Shown: positions 1 through 8,825 of the stretch, one piece after another | How the letters are laid out: each line of letters opens with the position of its first letter | How positions within the stretch are numbered: position 1 is the first letter of the stretch | Source of the DNA: Bacteroidota bacterium | GTDB lineage: Bacteria > Bacteroidota > Bacteroidia > Chitinophagales > BACL12 | Assembly: GCA_016715425.1 (NCBI GenBank) | Contig: JADKAC010000002.1 | Coordinates: 377,351-441,350 of the forward strand | Reading direction: 5' to 3' | DNA length: 64,000 nucleotides | Program-made: the position numbers and the translations under genes | Notes under the pieces: model-generated | Database searches by the model: none | Seen by the model: the letters and a program-made list of their open reading frames with translations, nothing else | What the model was told of the DNA's origin: nothing

Positions 1-779
1 TTACTACCACCTTTATATTTCAAATCCGGATCACCAAGAATTTGTCTTTCAATAGCCCATTTTACACCGAAGCCATTCCAGTAAGATCCCGGTTCAGAAA
101 CCACATCATAAAATGTTTTGATAGGATCTGCATATCCACCATAAACAGAACTCGTAATAAAAACCAATTTCAAATTTGGAAATTTTGCTTGCAGAACTCC
201 CATCAGTATTTCATACTTATCTGCAATAGCTGATGGATGAAGAGGGAATTCCATAATGGTATCCACCTTAGAAGCTGTCTTAATCCAAACCACCTGCACT
301 TGTGCCTGCGAAGAATTTTTACTTGCCAGTTTAGGAATAATCTCATCATCCCAATACCAGTTATTATAAGTAGTATCAATCATCATTTCAATTCCCTTAG
401 CGCCAAGACATGCATTATTTAATGTTAAATAGGGGTTTACATTAGAAAGCGTATCAAAAATTTCCATAAAATGATTCCATGTATTACCAGCTGTGGATGC
501 ACCCATTCCAATAAAAAGTACTTTACCATTTACCCAATCTTCATTACCTAAAGAATCTAAAGGGACAATTGATCTTGCCATTTTTCTACCCGCCTTTAAA
601 TGAGAGGAAGGCATTGTATTTTGTCCACCGGGATATAATCCACCCTGCTCTCCAAGATAAGTACCCGCACCTAAATCAGTAAGTGGAATATTTCCTGTTG
701 AATCATTATCGCATTGAACTTGTGCTTGCGCTAAACTTATAGCTGCTAAAAAAAGTAGTGTTAAATAGAGACTTTTCAT
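1..779 (-). CDS. hypothetical secreted protein, C-terminus outside the window
   Basis: Manual minus-strand translation from ATG (779-777) is open to the window edge. N-terminus MKSLYLTLLFLAAISLAQAQ is a signal peptide. Conserved-looking blocks FIGMGAS and QVQVVWIK; family not recognised. Confidence 0.7.
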   Translation of the reverse strand, partial: MKSLYLTLLFLAAISLAQAQVQCDNDSTGNIPLTDLGAGTYLGEQGGLYPGGQNTMPSSHLKAGRKMARSIVPLDSLGNEDWVNGKVLFIGMGASTAGNTWNHFMEIFDTLSNVNPYLTLNNACLGAKGIEMMIDTTYNNWYWDDEIIPKLASKNSSQAQVQVVWIKTASKVDTIMEFPLHPSAIADKYEILMGVLQAKFPNLKLVFITSSVYGGYADPIKTFYDVVSEPGSYWNGFGVKWAIERQILGDPDLKYKGGS

Positions 780-884
780 GTTTTTTATTTATGATTGTTG
801 TAATTATGTTTTATGAGGCGCTAAAGTTATCAATAAATCGGTTTGTAATAAATCGTCTGTTTATTTTAGTCGGCTCTGTGATAT

Positions 885-1928
885 TTGCATTTTTTAAATT
901 CACAATTTTTAATCAATCTATTTGTGACCAATAAGGAAAAAATAAAGGCTTACTTCAAGTGGCTATATCTTAATAAATGGTATGCATTCATTGGTGTATT
1001 TATAATATTGTTTTCTATTCTACTGGTTTTGCAACCCAATTTTATCGCAGGGGCCTTAGATGCATTACGCATTCCTTATGCAGTAGGTCTTACAATTGTA
1101 ACAGTATTCTTTTTTATTCGGGGTAAAAAAATACTATCTACTTGCTGCGCAATTGCACTTTTAATATTAGCTCCCGGTGTATGGCCTTACTTCAAACCGG
1201 GGCAGGCGCCAATGGCAAACACTAAACAGGAACTCAGAAAAATTGAAGAAGTGAAATCAGATTTTAGTGTGGCCCACTTTAATGTAAAAGAAAATAATAA
1301 ACGTATTGGAGCTGTTACAAGAAATGCATTGGAAACGAATGCGGATTTTATTTCTTTTCAGGAAATAAAAACCATTACTCTTGATTCAATAGATTTAATA
1401 CTGAAAGAAACTTATCCCTATTCCATTTCCGATTTAAGTATTCCCGGATTTGGTATGGCGGTTTATTCTAAATATCCTATTAAAGAAAGTGAAGTAATTA
1501 TTCAACGTGATTTTCCGATATTATATGGAGTGGTTAACATTAAAAACCGTCAGGTACATTTTATTTCTGCAACCACTTCAACACCAACAAGTGAAAAGGG
1601 ATATACAAATCAGATAAAACAATTTAAATTAATTGCAGAATATAGTAATTCAATTGACTCTGCATTGGTGGTAATGGGCGATATGAATGCTGTGCCCTGG
1701 AGTACGCAAATTACGGAGTTTCTTAAATCAACGGATTTACTTGATAGCAGAAAAGATTTGAGTGGCACATTTCCTGCGCAATCTGTTTTTGTAAAAATTC
1801 CAATTGATTATATTTTTCACTCACCTGAATTATTTTGTCCCGGTTTTGCAACCACCGGAAATACATCAAGCAATCATTTGGGTATAATTGGTTTTTATAC
1901 TTTTAAGAAAGTAAAAAGACCAGTATAA
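885..1928 (+). CDS. membrane-anchored endonuclease/exonuclease/phosphatase (EEP) family protein
   Basis: N-terminal TM helices followed by EEP-like blocks (FISFQEI, VVMGDMNAVPWS, C-terminal SNHLGI). No ATG precedes the TM region, so the start is non-ATG (TTG at 885). Confidence 0.75.
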   Translation: MHFLNSQFLINLFVTNKEKIKAYFKWLYLNKWYAFIGVFIILFSILLVLQPNFIAGALDALRIPYAVGLTIVTVFFFIRGKKILSTCCAIALLILAPGVWPYFKPGQAPMANTKQELRKIEEVKSDFSVAHFNVKENNKRIGAVTRNALETNADFISFQEIKTITLDSIDLILKETYPYSISDLSIPGFGMAVYSKYPIKESEVIIQRDFPILYGVVNIKNRQVHFISATTSTPTSEKGYTNQIKQFKLIAEYSNSIDSALVVMGDMNAVPWSTQITEFLKSTDLLDSRKDLSGTFPAQSVFVKIPIDYIFHSPELFCPGFATTGNTSSNHLGIIGFYTFKKVKRPV

Positions 1929-1940
1929 TTTCACAATCAT

Positions 1941-2312
1941 ATGAAGAAATTTATTCGCAAAGAACAAAAAAGATTTAGTGATGCCGCTAAAGGATTGTTG
2001 GTATTTTTAAGTTCAGCAGAACACGCCATTTTTCATAGTTTCGCTGCATGCATTACAATTATTGCAGCATGGTATTTTTGTGTAAGTACGATTGAATGGT
2101 TGTTAATAATTCTATGTATTGGGTTCGTATTTTTTGCAGAGGCAGTGAATGAAAGTATTGAATGTCTTGCAGATTTTATTTATAAGGAGCAACATCCGGA
2201 TATCGGAAAAATAAAAGATATTGCCGCTGGTGCAGTATTAGTGGCAGCAATTACATCTGCAGTTATTGGAATTATTATTTTTCTCCCAAAAATTATTGAA
2301 CAATTAAATTAA
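1941..2312 (+). CDS. dgkA: diacylglycerol kinase family protein
   Basis: 123 aa with 3 TM segments. Motif AEAVNESIECLADF...KDIAAGAVLVAAI matches the DgkA E-x-x-N-x-x-IE / KD-x-x-AAAV pattern. Confidence 0.85.
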   Translation: MKKFIRKEQKRFSDAAKGLLVFLSSAEHAIFHSFAACITIIAAWYFCVSTIEWLLIILCIGFVFFAEAVNESIECLADFIYKEQHPDIGKIKDIAAGAVLVAAITSAVIGIIIFLPKIIEQLN

Positions 2313-3446
2313 ACGCAAGGCCTCTTCCACATCCTGCAACAATACATCTGTTTGTTCAATGCCTGTATAAAATCTGATAAAATTTATAGGATACTGTGTA
2401 TGAGCAGAAGCACATGCAGGAAACACTAACGATTCATGACCACCCCAGGAAACTGCTAACAGAAATCGCTTTAATGCATTACAAAACAATTCTATTTTTT
2501 GCTGATCATTTGTTTTTAATAACATAGAAAATAATCCGCTGCTGTTTTTCATTTGTTGCAAAGCAAGTGTATGTTGGTCATGCGATGGATGATGCGGATA
2601 AATTATTTTTTCAACTTTAGGATGTTGTGCAAGATAATGCGTTAAGGCTTTCGCATTGGCAGCACTCCTTTCTAAACGCAATTCAAGTGTGCGCAATCCT
2701 CGTAATAATAACCAGGCATCATGTGGTGAAGGAATGGCACCAAAACACATAAATTCATTTTTAAATATTGCAGCAATAGTTTCTTTATCAGCACATAAAA
2801 CTCCTGCCACTACATCACTATGACCTGCAAGATATTTTGTGGCTGTATGCATCACAATATCTACTCCTAATACATGTGGATTTTGAAATAATGGTGTTGT
2901 ATAACTATTGTCAATTATAGTTCTGATCTTTTTTGCTTTTGCAAGTGATGTTACTGCTTTTATATCTTGCAATTCCAAAAGAAAAGTATTGGGACTTTCT
3001 AAAAAAATAAGTGTGGTATTTTTTTGAATTGCATGTTCAAAATTTTTTGTTTCTCTGCCATCCACATACGTTATTGTAATTCCAAATCGCACTAATATTT
3101 CATCTAATAAATACTTTGTCCAACTATATGGATTTCTTACACAAACCACATGATCGCCTTGCTTTACCACATGCATAACAGCAGCCGCAACAGCAGCTAC
3201 TCCGCTGGAAAATAATAATGCATCTTCCGTTTGTTCCAATGCGGCAATTTTTTTTCTTACAATTTCTACTGTCGGATTATTTCCTCTAGTATATAAATGC
3301 GAAGTCATTTCCTGTTGCATTGCATTGCGCAAATCCTCAACTGTCGGAAATGCGAAATTGCTGGTTTGCACAATTGGTGGAGTTACTGCATTAAAATAAT
3401 TACTGCGTTCTTCTCCCAAAGAATTTATTATATACGAAATATCCAT
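2304..3446 (-). CDS. Cys/Met-metabolism PLP-dependent enzyme (cystathionine beta-lyase/gamma-synthase family)
   Basis: 380 aa. PLP-lysine motif HTATKYLAGHSDVVAGV and overall family-like N-terminus. Exact specificity cannot be told from sequence. Confidence 0.85.
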   Translation of the reverse strand: MDISYIINSLGEERSNYFNAVTPPIVQTSNFAFPTVEDLRNAMQQEMTSHLYTRGNNPTVEIVRKKIAALEQTEDALLFSSGVAAVAAAVMHVVKQGDHVVCVRNPYSWTKYLLDEILVRFGITITYVDGRETKNFEHAIQKNTTLIFLESPNTFLLELQDIKAVTSLAKAKKIRTIIDNSYTTPLFQNPHVLGVDIVMHTATKYLAGHSDVVAGVLCADKETIAAIFKNEFMCFGAIPSPHDAWLLLRGLRTLELRLERSAANAKALTHYLAQHPKVEKIIYPHHPSHDQHTLALQQMKNSSGLFSMLLKTNDQQKIELFCNALKRFLLAVSWGGHESLVFPACASAHTQYPINFIRFYTGIEQTDVLLQDVEEALRLI

Positions 3447-3459
3447 AGTAGATTTTTTT

Positions 3460-3467
3460 CAAATGTA
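3460..3467 (-). promoter_or_regulatory. candidate Bacteroidota -7 promoter box (TACATTTG) for the PLP-enzyme gene
   Basis: Exact TAnnTTTG on the minus strand, 13 nt upstream of the ATG at 3446. Confidence 0.45.
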
Positions 3468-3482
3468 ATACTGCAAACATTT

Positions 3483-3517
3483 AAAAAAAGAATCCCGCTC
3501 CCTAACAGGAGCGGGAT
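3483..3517 (-). terminator. intrinsic terminator downstream of the meaB/small-ORF unit
   Basis: Perfect 10-bp stem (ATCCCGCTCC / GGAGCGGGAT) with a 6-nt loop, followed on the minus strand by TCTTTTTTT. Confidence 0.8.
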
Positions 3518-3585
3518 CAGGCATACTCAAAGAAAGACAACCGTAATTGGTTTCGTTGCTCAAACTTTTTAGGTTTGAAATAAGC

Positions 3586-3771
3586 TTATGTCCTCTTTTT
3601 AGTAAACCTTTGTTTAATGGGAGACCAACCTAAAATTGATTCCATGAATATATACATCATAGGTATCATTATCCAAAATTGTCTTGTTGCTCCCGCAATA
3701 ATTCCCAATACTATCATAATGCCATAGCGCATAATGATTTCATCGAATTTAAGATTGTTTTCAAATTTCAT
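3586..3771 (-). CDS. small two-TM membrane protein (DUF2892/YgaP-like)
   Basis: 61-aa ORF with two hydrophobic helices and a WSPIKQ tail resembling DUF2892. Same strand as meaB and upstream of the terminator. Confidence 0.55.
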   Translation of the reverse strand: MKFENNLKFDEIIMRYGIMIVLGIIAGATRQFWIMIPMMYIFMESILGWSPIKQRFTKKRT

Positions 3772-3861
3772 AATATGCCCTTTTTAATTTGATTACGATT
3801 CAAAGATTAAATAATTATTTAAAAAAACTAGTGACTTTACTCATCTTAATAGTGCTGATAT

Positions 3862-4851
3862 TTATAAACCGGATTTCAACAAAATAGTTGAGAGCCTTCG
3901 TGCAGCTATGGATGGCACAGATGTTCCGTCATTAATAGCAGATAAATAATTTTCTTTCAATTGTAAATTTTTTGTATTTGCTAATAATGAAAGCACAATT
4001 TCATTTTGCAATGTAGCATTAAACCACTCTATGCGTTGTTGTTTTCTATTATTATTAAAATATCCGTTGGTCTTGGTAATTGTTTCAAATTCCTGAATCA
4101 AATTCCATATTGTTTCAATACCTGTATTTTCCAAAGCAGAACAAGTAGTAACTTTTGGAATCCATCCTGACTCACTTGCAGAAAATAAATGCAAAGCACG
4201 TTTCATATCCATTCTGCTTAATTCGGCATTTTGCAAATTTTTTCCATCAGCTTTATTTATAGCAACCAAATCTGCCATTTCCATAATACCTCTTTTAATT
4301 CCCTGCAATTCATCACCTGCTCCTGAAATCATCAGCAATAAAAAAAAATCTGTCATGGAATGCACAGCCACTTCACTCTGACCAACACCAACAGTTTCCA
4401 CTAATATCACATTATAACCTGCCGCTTCCAGCAACAGAATTGTTTCTCTGGTTTTTGCTGCAACACCTCCTTGTGTTATACCCGAAGGCGTTGGACGAAT
4501 AAATACATCAGGATGTGCAGATAATTTTTCCATCCTTGTTTTATCACCCAAAATACTGCCTTTACTTTTTTGACTGCTCGGATCTATCGCCAATACAGCA
4601 ATGCGTTTATCTTGTTGTAAAATAATATTTCCCAATGCTTCAATAAATGTGCTTTTACCCGCACCGGGCACACCGGTAATTCCAATGCGCAAAGAATTAC
4701 CCGCATGTGGTAAACAACCAGTTAGAATTTCTTCGGCTAATAATTGATGTTTTGATGAATGACTTTCTATCAGCGTAATTGCACGAGCTAACACAGATTT
4801 ATTCCCTGAAATAATATTTTGTACAAAATCTTTTGCTGATAAATTTTCCAT
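3862..4851 (-). CDS. meaB: methylmalonyl-CoA mutase-associated GTPase MeaB/ArgK
   Basis: P-loop GITGVPGAGKSTFIEALG, DPSS, VETVGVGQSE and NKAD motifs typical of MeaB G3E GTPases. Confidence 0.9.
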   Translation of the reverse strand: MENLSAKDFVQNIISGNKSVLARAITLIESHSSKHQLLAEEILTGCLPHAGNSLRIGITGVPGAGKSTFIEALGNIILQQDKRIAVLAIDPSSQKSKGSILGDKTRMEKLSAHPDVFIRPTPSGITQGGVAAKTRETILLLEAAGYNVILVETVGVGQSEVAVHSMTDFFLLLMISGAGDELQGIKRGIMEMADLVAINKADGKNLQNAELSRMDMKRALHLFSASESGWIPKVTTCSALENTGIETIWNLIQEFETITKTNGYFNNNRKQQRIEWFNATLQNEIVLSLLANTKNLQLKENYLSAINDGTSVPSIAARRLSTILLKSGL

Positions 4852-4870
4852 ACTTGAAAAACAATTTGCT

Positions 4871-4909
4871 AAAATAAAAATCCCTTCGCCAATTTCTTGT
4901 GAAGGGATT
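4871..4909 (-). terminator. intrinsic terminator after the OM beta-barrel gene
   Basis: 9-bp stem AATCCCTTC / GAAGGGATT followed on the minus strand by TTTTTATTTT. Confidence 0.7.
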
Positions 4910-4929
4910 CGTATATTTTATTTTAAAAA

Positions 4930-5628
4930 TTAGAATGGATTAAAAGAAACACCAATTTCCATTGGGAAACCGGTTGGTCCTTCGCCCTCATTAAATAATT
5001 CACTTAATCCATAAAATGCCTGAATATTTACAGCACCATAACCAATTCTCAATGTAGGTCCATATCTAAACATATTAAGTGCTTCATAGCGGAAAATTTT
5101 TACTTTAACATCTGTTGGTCCATTAAAAATAATATCATCTCCCACATATTTTGTTTTGTTTGTAAACTGCCAACCGCCTTTAAATCCGGCAGCAATTTTA
5201 AAACTATTGCCTTTACTATCCGGCAAGGAACGATAACGGAATTCGATAGGCACTTCCAACAATCCTAATGCAATTTTATTTTTCTTCACATTTACAAATT
5301 CATCTATTATACTCACTTGCACCACATCGGTACTATCTTCTACAAATAATGCATTGTTATAATAATTAGAAGTTGAATAACCTACGCCTGGAGCAAAGCT
5401 GAACTGATTATTTTTATCTAGAGGAATATCATAAAAAAAGTGAAATCCTATACCGCTGGAAAATGCATTTATTTTTAATGAATCAGCGTGATTGAGCCAA
5501 CCATCCCAATGGATATTAAAAACTAAACGATCACGATCAATATCCGGACGATTACTCGCATCAATCTCTTGTGCCACAAGTGGTGTTGCAAAGGCACAAA
5601 TCAAAATAGGTATCAAAAATCTTTTCAT
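4930..5628 (-). CDS. outer-membrane beta-barrel protein (porin-like)
   Basis: Start moved to the internal ATG giving signal peptide MKRFLIPILICAFATPLVAQE. Alternating beta-strand pattern and C-terminal aromatic (..SFNPF). Confidence 0.75.
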   Translation of the reverse strand: MKRFLIPILICAFATPLVAQEIDASNRPDIDRDRLVFNIHWDGWLNHADSLKINAFSSGIGFHFFYDIPLDKNNQFSFAPGVGYSTSNYYNNALFVEDSTDVVQVSIIDEFVNVKKNKIALGLLEVPIEFRYRSLPDSKGNSFKIAAGFKGGWQFTNKTKYVGDDIIFNGPTDVKVKIFRYEALNMFRYGPTLRIGYGAVNIQAFYGLSELFNEGEGPTGFPMEIGVSFNPF

Positions 5629-5834
5629 TATGAATAGCATTTTTTTTGGTAATGCGTAAAAATAGGGATTAAACAAGTAAATCGGCAATATAGTGTCTCT
5701 TAACATTGAATAGAATTTTTGAACAATTAAAACAAAATTCAGTTTGTATTTAATCACTACTAAAAAAGTTTTTATCATTGCGAATAAATTTTTCTTAATA
5801 ACATACTATTATTTAACTTTCAAAATATATTTTT

Positions 5835-6725
5835 ATGAAGAGGCATATCCTAATAATTTCCGGTTGTTGCATCATTCTAACTTCCTGCGTTTCTCAAAAG
5901 AAATATGGCGGTTTGGAAACTCAATATCGGGATACACAAACATTACTTATCGCCGCAAATGATCAACTCAGTTCGACAACTGCAGATCTGAATGCATGTT
6001 TATCAGAAAAATCCCAATTGTCGAGCAATATAAATTTATTGAACGATCAGATAGTTTATCTCAAGTCCTCCAATCAGGATTTGATAATACAAATTGGAAA
6101 TATGACCACCCTAACAACCAAAGGAGCAGAGAATCTTGAAAAATCTTTGGAAAGTATGCGTGAAAAAGATTTAACTATTATGCGCCTTCAGGATGCAGTA
6201 AATAGAAAAGATTCTGTAACGCTTGCTTTAGTTACAAGTCTGAAAGGTGTTTTGGGAAATATGAATGATGAAGATATTGTAATCAATGTGGAGAAAGGTG
6301 TGGTATTTATTTCTATTTCCGACAAATTATTGTTTGAAAGTGGAAGTTATAAAGTAACCGATAAAGCCAAAGAAGTATTAGGTAAAGTAGCAACAGTAGT
6401 AAACAATAAACCGGAATTTGAATTTATGGTGGAAGGCCATACAGATGATGTGCCTATTAGTAAACCGGGTATTCAGGATAACTGGGATTTGAGTGTACTA
6501 CGTGCAACTGCAGTAGTTCGGATTTTGCAAGAACAGTATAACGTAAACCCTGCACGTATGACTGCCGCCGGAAGAAGTTACTATGTACCCGTTGCTGAAA
6601 ACGATACACCGGAAAATAAAAGTCTTAATCGCAGAACACGCATTGTTATATTACCAAAACTCGATCAGTTTTATTCAATGATTGAGGAAGGTCTTGATGA
6701 AATGTCCACGAAAACAGATGAGTAA
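5835..6725 (+). CDS. OmpA/MotB-family lipoprotein with coiled-coil N-domain
   Basis: Lipobox LTSC. C-terminal OmpA-like domain (GHTDDVPI, NWDLSVLRA, NRRTRIVILP). Confidence 0.9.
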   Translation: MKRHILIISGCCIILTSCVSQKKYGGLETQYRDTQTLLIAANDQLSSTTADLNACLSEKSQLSSNINLLNDQIVYLKSSNQDLIIQIGNMTTLTTKGAENLEKSLESMREKDLTIMRLQDAVNRKDSVTLALVTSLKGVLGNMNDEDIVINVEKGVVFISISDKLLFESGSYKVTDKAKEVLGKVATVVNNKPEFEFMVEGHTDDVPISKPGIQDNWDLSVLRATAVVRILQEQYNVNPARMTAAGRSYYVPVAENDTPENKSLNRRTRIVILPKLDQFYSMIEEGLDEMSTKTDE

Positions 6726-6754
6726 TTTTTGATAGAAAAAATTTTAGTAGAAAA

Positions 6755-6785
6755 ACACTTGAGAAAATCTTAAGTGTTTTTTTTT
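6755..6785 (+). terminator. intrinsic terminator after the OmpA-family gene
   Basis: Stem ACACTTGAG / CTTAAGTGT with one mismatch, followed by a 9-T run. Confidence 0.7.
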
Positions 6786-6794
6786 GGATTGAAG

Positions 6795-6868
6795 TGGGCC
6801 CACCTGGGATCGAACCAGGGACCACCTGATTATGAGTCAGGTGCTCTAACCGTCTGAGCTATAGGCCC
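6795..6868 (-). tRNA. tRNA with CAU anticodon (Met by anticodon; acceptor stem suggests tRNA-Ile2/lysidine type)
   Basis: Hand-folded cloverleaf: acceptor GGGCCTA/TGGGCCC, D arm GCTC..GAGC, anticodon stem CCTGA/TCAGG with loop CTCATAA, T arm CCTGG-TTCGATC-CCAGG, discriminator A. CCA is not encoded. Confidence 0.9.
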
Positions 6869-6906
6869 TCCTGTTTTAGCAGGACTGCAAATGTAAAACG
6901 AAAAAA

Positions 6907-7506
6907 TTATTTGTTGTGCATTTGCACTACATCTTCAATCGGATGCCTTGGAACATCATGCATTTCAGTATCAGTATTTCCAACATATAACAATCCCATG
7001 CATAAGTCTTTTTCATCAAGTCCCATAAAATCTTTTATACTCGCATGATTCAGCATACCGCCTGTACTCCAAAAAGTGGCAACGCCATAAGCGAAGGCTG
7101 TTAACTGCATATTTTGTACTGCACAACTTACAGCGGCAATTTCTTCCCACTCCGGAATTTTTTCTGTCGGCTGCCGATGCATACCAATTAAAATAACATA
7201 ATTAGAATCCAAAACTTGCTCAGATAATTTATTGAATTTATTCTCATTAAATTTTTCAGGCGGAGTTGATTCTTTATATAATTGTTCTCGCAGTGTTGCA
7301 AATTTTTGTAATGCCTCTCCACTTAAAACCACAAATCTCCATGGCTGTGTAAGTGCATGTGTGGGTGCCCATCGTGCATTCTCCAACATTTGTTGAATTA
7401 TTTCCGGCGACACAGTTGTTTTGTTAAATGCTGCGGGTTTAATTGTGCGACGGTGTCGAATCAAATGGTTAATCATTTCTGTATTGTATTGCATTGTTCC
7501 TTTCAT
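6907..7506 (-). CDS. nitroreductase family protein
   Basis: RRTIKP...ARWAPTHALTQPWRFVVL nitroreductase signature. Start set at the ATG giving MKGTMQ, because a TACATTTG box lies inside the longer ORF extension. Confidence 0.85.
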   Translation of the reverse strand: MKGTMQYNTEMINHLIRHRRTIKPAAFNKTTVSPEIIQQMLENARWAPTHALTQPWRFVVLSGEALQKFATLREQLYKESTPPEKFNENKFNKLSEQVLDSNYVILIGMHRQPTEKIPEWEEIAAVSCAVQNMQLTAFAYGVATFWSTGGMLNHASIKDFMGLDEKDLCMGLLYVGNTDTEMHDVPRHPIEDVVQMHNK

Positions 7507-7508
7507 TT

Positions 7509-7516
7509 TATCTTTG
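7509..7516 (+). promoter_or_regulatory. candidate -7 box (TATCTTTG) for the DUF3179 gene
   Basis: Exact TAnnTTTG, 6 nt upstream of the ATG at 7523. Confidence 0.4.
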
Positions 7517-7519
7517 AAG

Positions 7520-7527
7520 CAAATGTA
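7520..7527 (-). promoter_or_regulatory. candidate -7 box (TACATTTG) for the nitroreductase gene
   Basis: Exact TAnnTTTG on the minus strand, 13 nt upstream of the ATG at 7506. Confidence 0.4.
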
Positions 7528-8605
7528 TTCAAACAAAAATATGTATAGCGCACTATTTTGTCTGCTGACGATAATAGTATCCGGTTGTAAAAACCAAACA
7601 CAATCACAACAGGAAGAAGAGCCTGAAGAATATAAATACTATGCTGATTGGTCTATTGATTTGGAGTATATGGAATCAGGATGCAACGGTGGTTATGATT
7701 GTATTAAATCTTTAGATCATCCAAAATTTATTAGTGTAGATAAAGTAGATTTTATTCAAGATGATGATTTGGTAATCGGATTAAAAATGGGTAATGAAGT
7801 GCGTTGTTATCCGCATGCAATTTTAGACTGGCATGAAATAGTAAATGATAATATTGCTGCAATTGATTTTAGTATTAATTATTGTCCGCTCACAGGTTCG
7901 GGTATGGCATGGGACAGAATGATAAATGGTAAGCTCACTGAATTTGGTGTTTCAGGTTTGTTATATAATAGCAATGTAATTCCATACGACAGAGAAACAG
8001 GATCGCATTGGAGTCAGATGGAACAGAAATGTGTGAACGGAGAATTGTATAAACAAAAAGCAAAAACATATCCTGTTATTGAAACCAGTTGGAAAACATG
8101 GAAAGCATTATATCCGGATAGCAAAGTTGTTTCTACTGAAACGGGTTTTACAAGAGACTATGGCGAATATCCCTATTATGATTATAGAGAAAATACAGAT
8201 GTTTTTTTTCCTACGGAATTTGAAAATGATACCTTACATCCTAAAGAAAGAGTGTATGGTGTTCTTGAAAATGACGATGCTGTTGTTTACAGATTTTCTG
8301 ATTTTAAAAATGGAATGGAAATTAAAATGGATACACTTTCCGACAAACCAGTAATTGTTGTTGGAAGTACTGATGATAATTTTATTGTTGTGTTTGAAAA
8401 TACAATTAATGGAAAAAGTATTTCTCCAAAAATTGCAAAAAATAAATTACCCGGAATTATAGAAGACAATGATGGAAATGTATTTGATATTTTTGGTTTT
8501 TGTATTAGTGGACCTGCAAAAGGCAGCAGACTTCAACCGATGAATGGATTTATAGCTTACTGGTTTGCATGGGCAGCTTTTTATCCGGAGGTAGAAATAA
8601 AATAA
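7523..8605 (+). CDS. DUF3179 domain-containing lipoprotein
   Basis: Lipobox IVSGC. Blocks CYPHAILDWHEIVND, NYCPLTGSG and FAWAAFYPE resemble DUF3179. The start could also be 7541. Confidence 0.75.
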   Translation: MYSNKNMYSALFCLLTIIVSGCKNQTQSQQEEEPEEYKYYADWSIDLEYMESGCNGGYDCIKSLDHPKFISVDKVDFIQDDDLVIGLKMGNEVRCYPHAILDWHEIVNDNIAAIDFSINYCPLTGSGMAWDRMINGKLTEFGVSGLLYNSNVIPYDRETGSHWSQMEQKCVNGELYKQKAKTYPVIETSWKTWKALYPDSKVVSTETGFTRDYGEYPYYDYRENTDVFFPTEFENDTLHPKERVYGVLENDDAVVYRFSDFKNGMEIKMDTLSDKPVIVVGSTDDNFIVVFENTINGKSISPKIAKNKLPGIIEDNDGNVFDIFGFCISGPAKGSRLQPMNGFIAYWFAWAAFYPEVEIK

Positions 8606-8630
8606 TTTTCGCTTTTTAAAATTATATTTT

Positions 8631-8825
8631 ATGTTTGTTTCTAAATTCTTCAATATGAAAACATGCATTTCTCTTTTTACAATTTATTCTACCTTAGGCA
8701 ATAAGATAAAAGAAGGCATTTTAATTGGTAATGAAATTGATGTAGCAAATTTACCTTCAGGTTCATATTCTATAAAACTTACTACACACACTGATTTAAT
8801 TACGCTTCAATTTATAAAGCTATGA
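8631..8825 (+). pseudogene. orphan T9SS C-terminal sorting domain fragment (64-aa ORF, no cargo domain)
   Basis: FTIYSTLGNKIKEGIL...IDVANLPSGSYSIKLTT...LQFIKL matches only the distal strands of a Por/T9SS CTD. No upstream ORF lies in frame. ATGA overlap with the next gene. Confidence 0.4.

Noticed and set aside
42-422. Two plus-strand ORFs (42-233, 237-422) at the window start
   Set aside because: They lie antisense to a continuous minus-strand ORF with a good signal peptide and ATG at 779. Their sequences are low-complexity and unsupported.
3447-3585. Riboswitch (SAM-type) with terminator upstream of the Cys/Met PLP-enzyme gene
   Set aside because: The hairpin plus T-run is better explained as the terminator of the upstream meaB/small-ORF unit. 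A TACATTTG promoter box lies between it and the ATG, leaving only a ~13-nt leader, and no SAM-I/II consensus segments were recognisable.
6726-6906. Genomic island or integrase insertion at the tRNA gene
   Set aside because: The flanking genes are ordinary (OmpA-family, nitroreductase). There is no integrase, no direct repeat of the tRNA 3' end, and no obvious compositional break.
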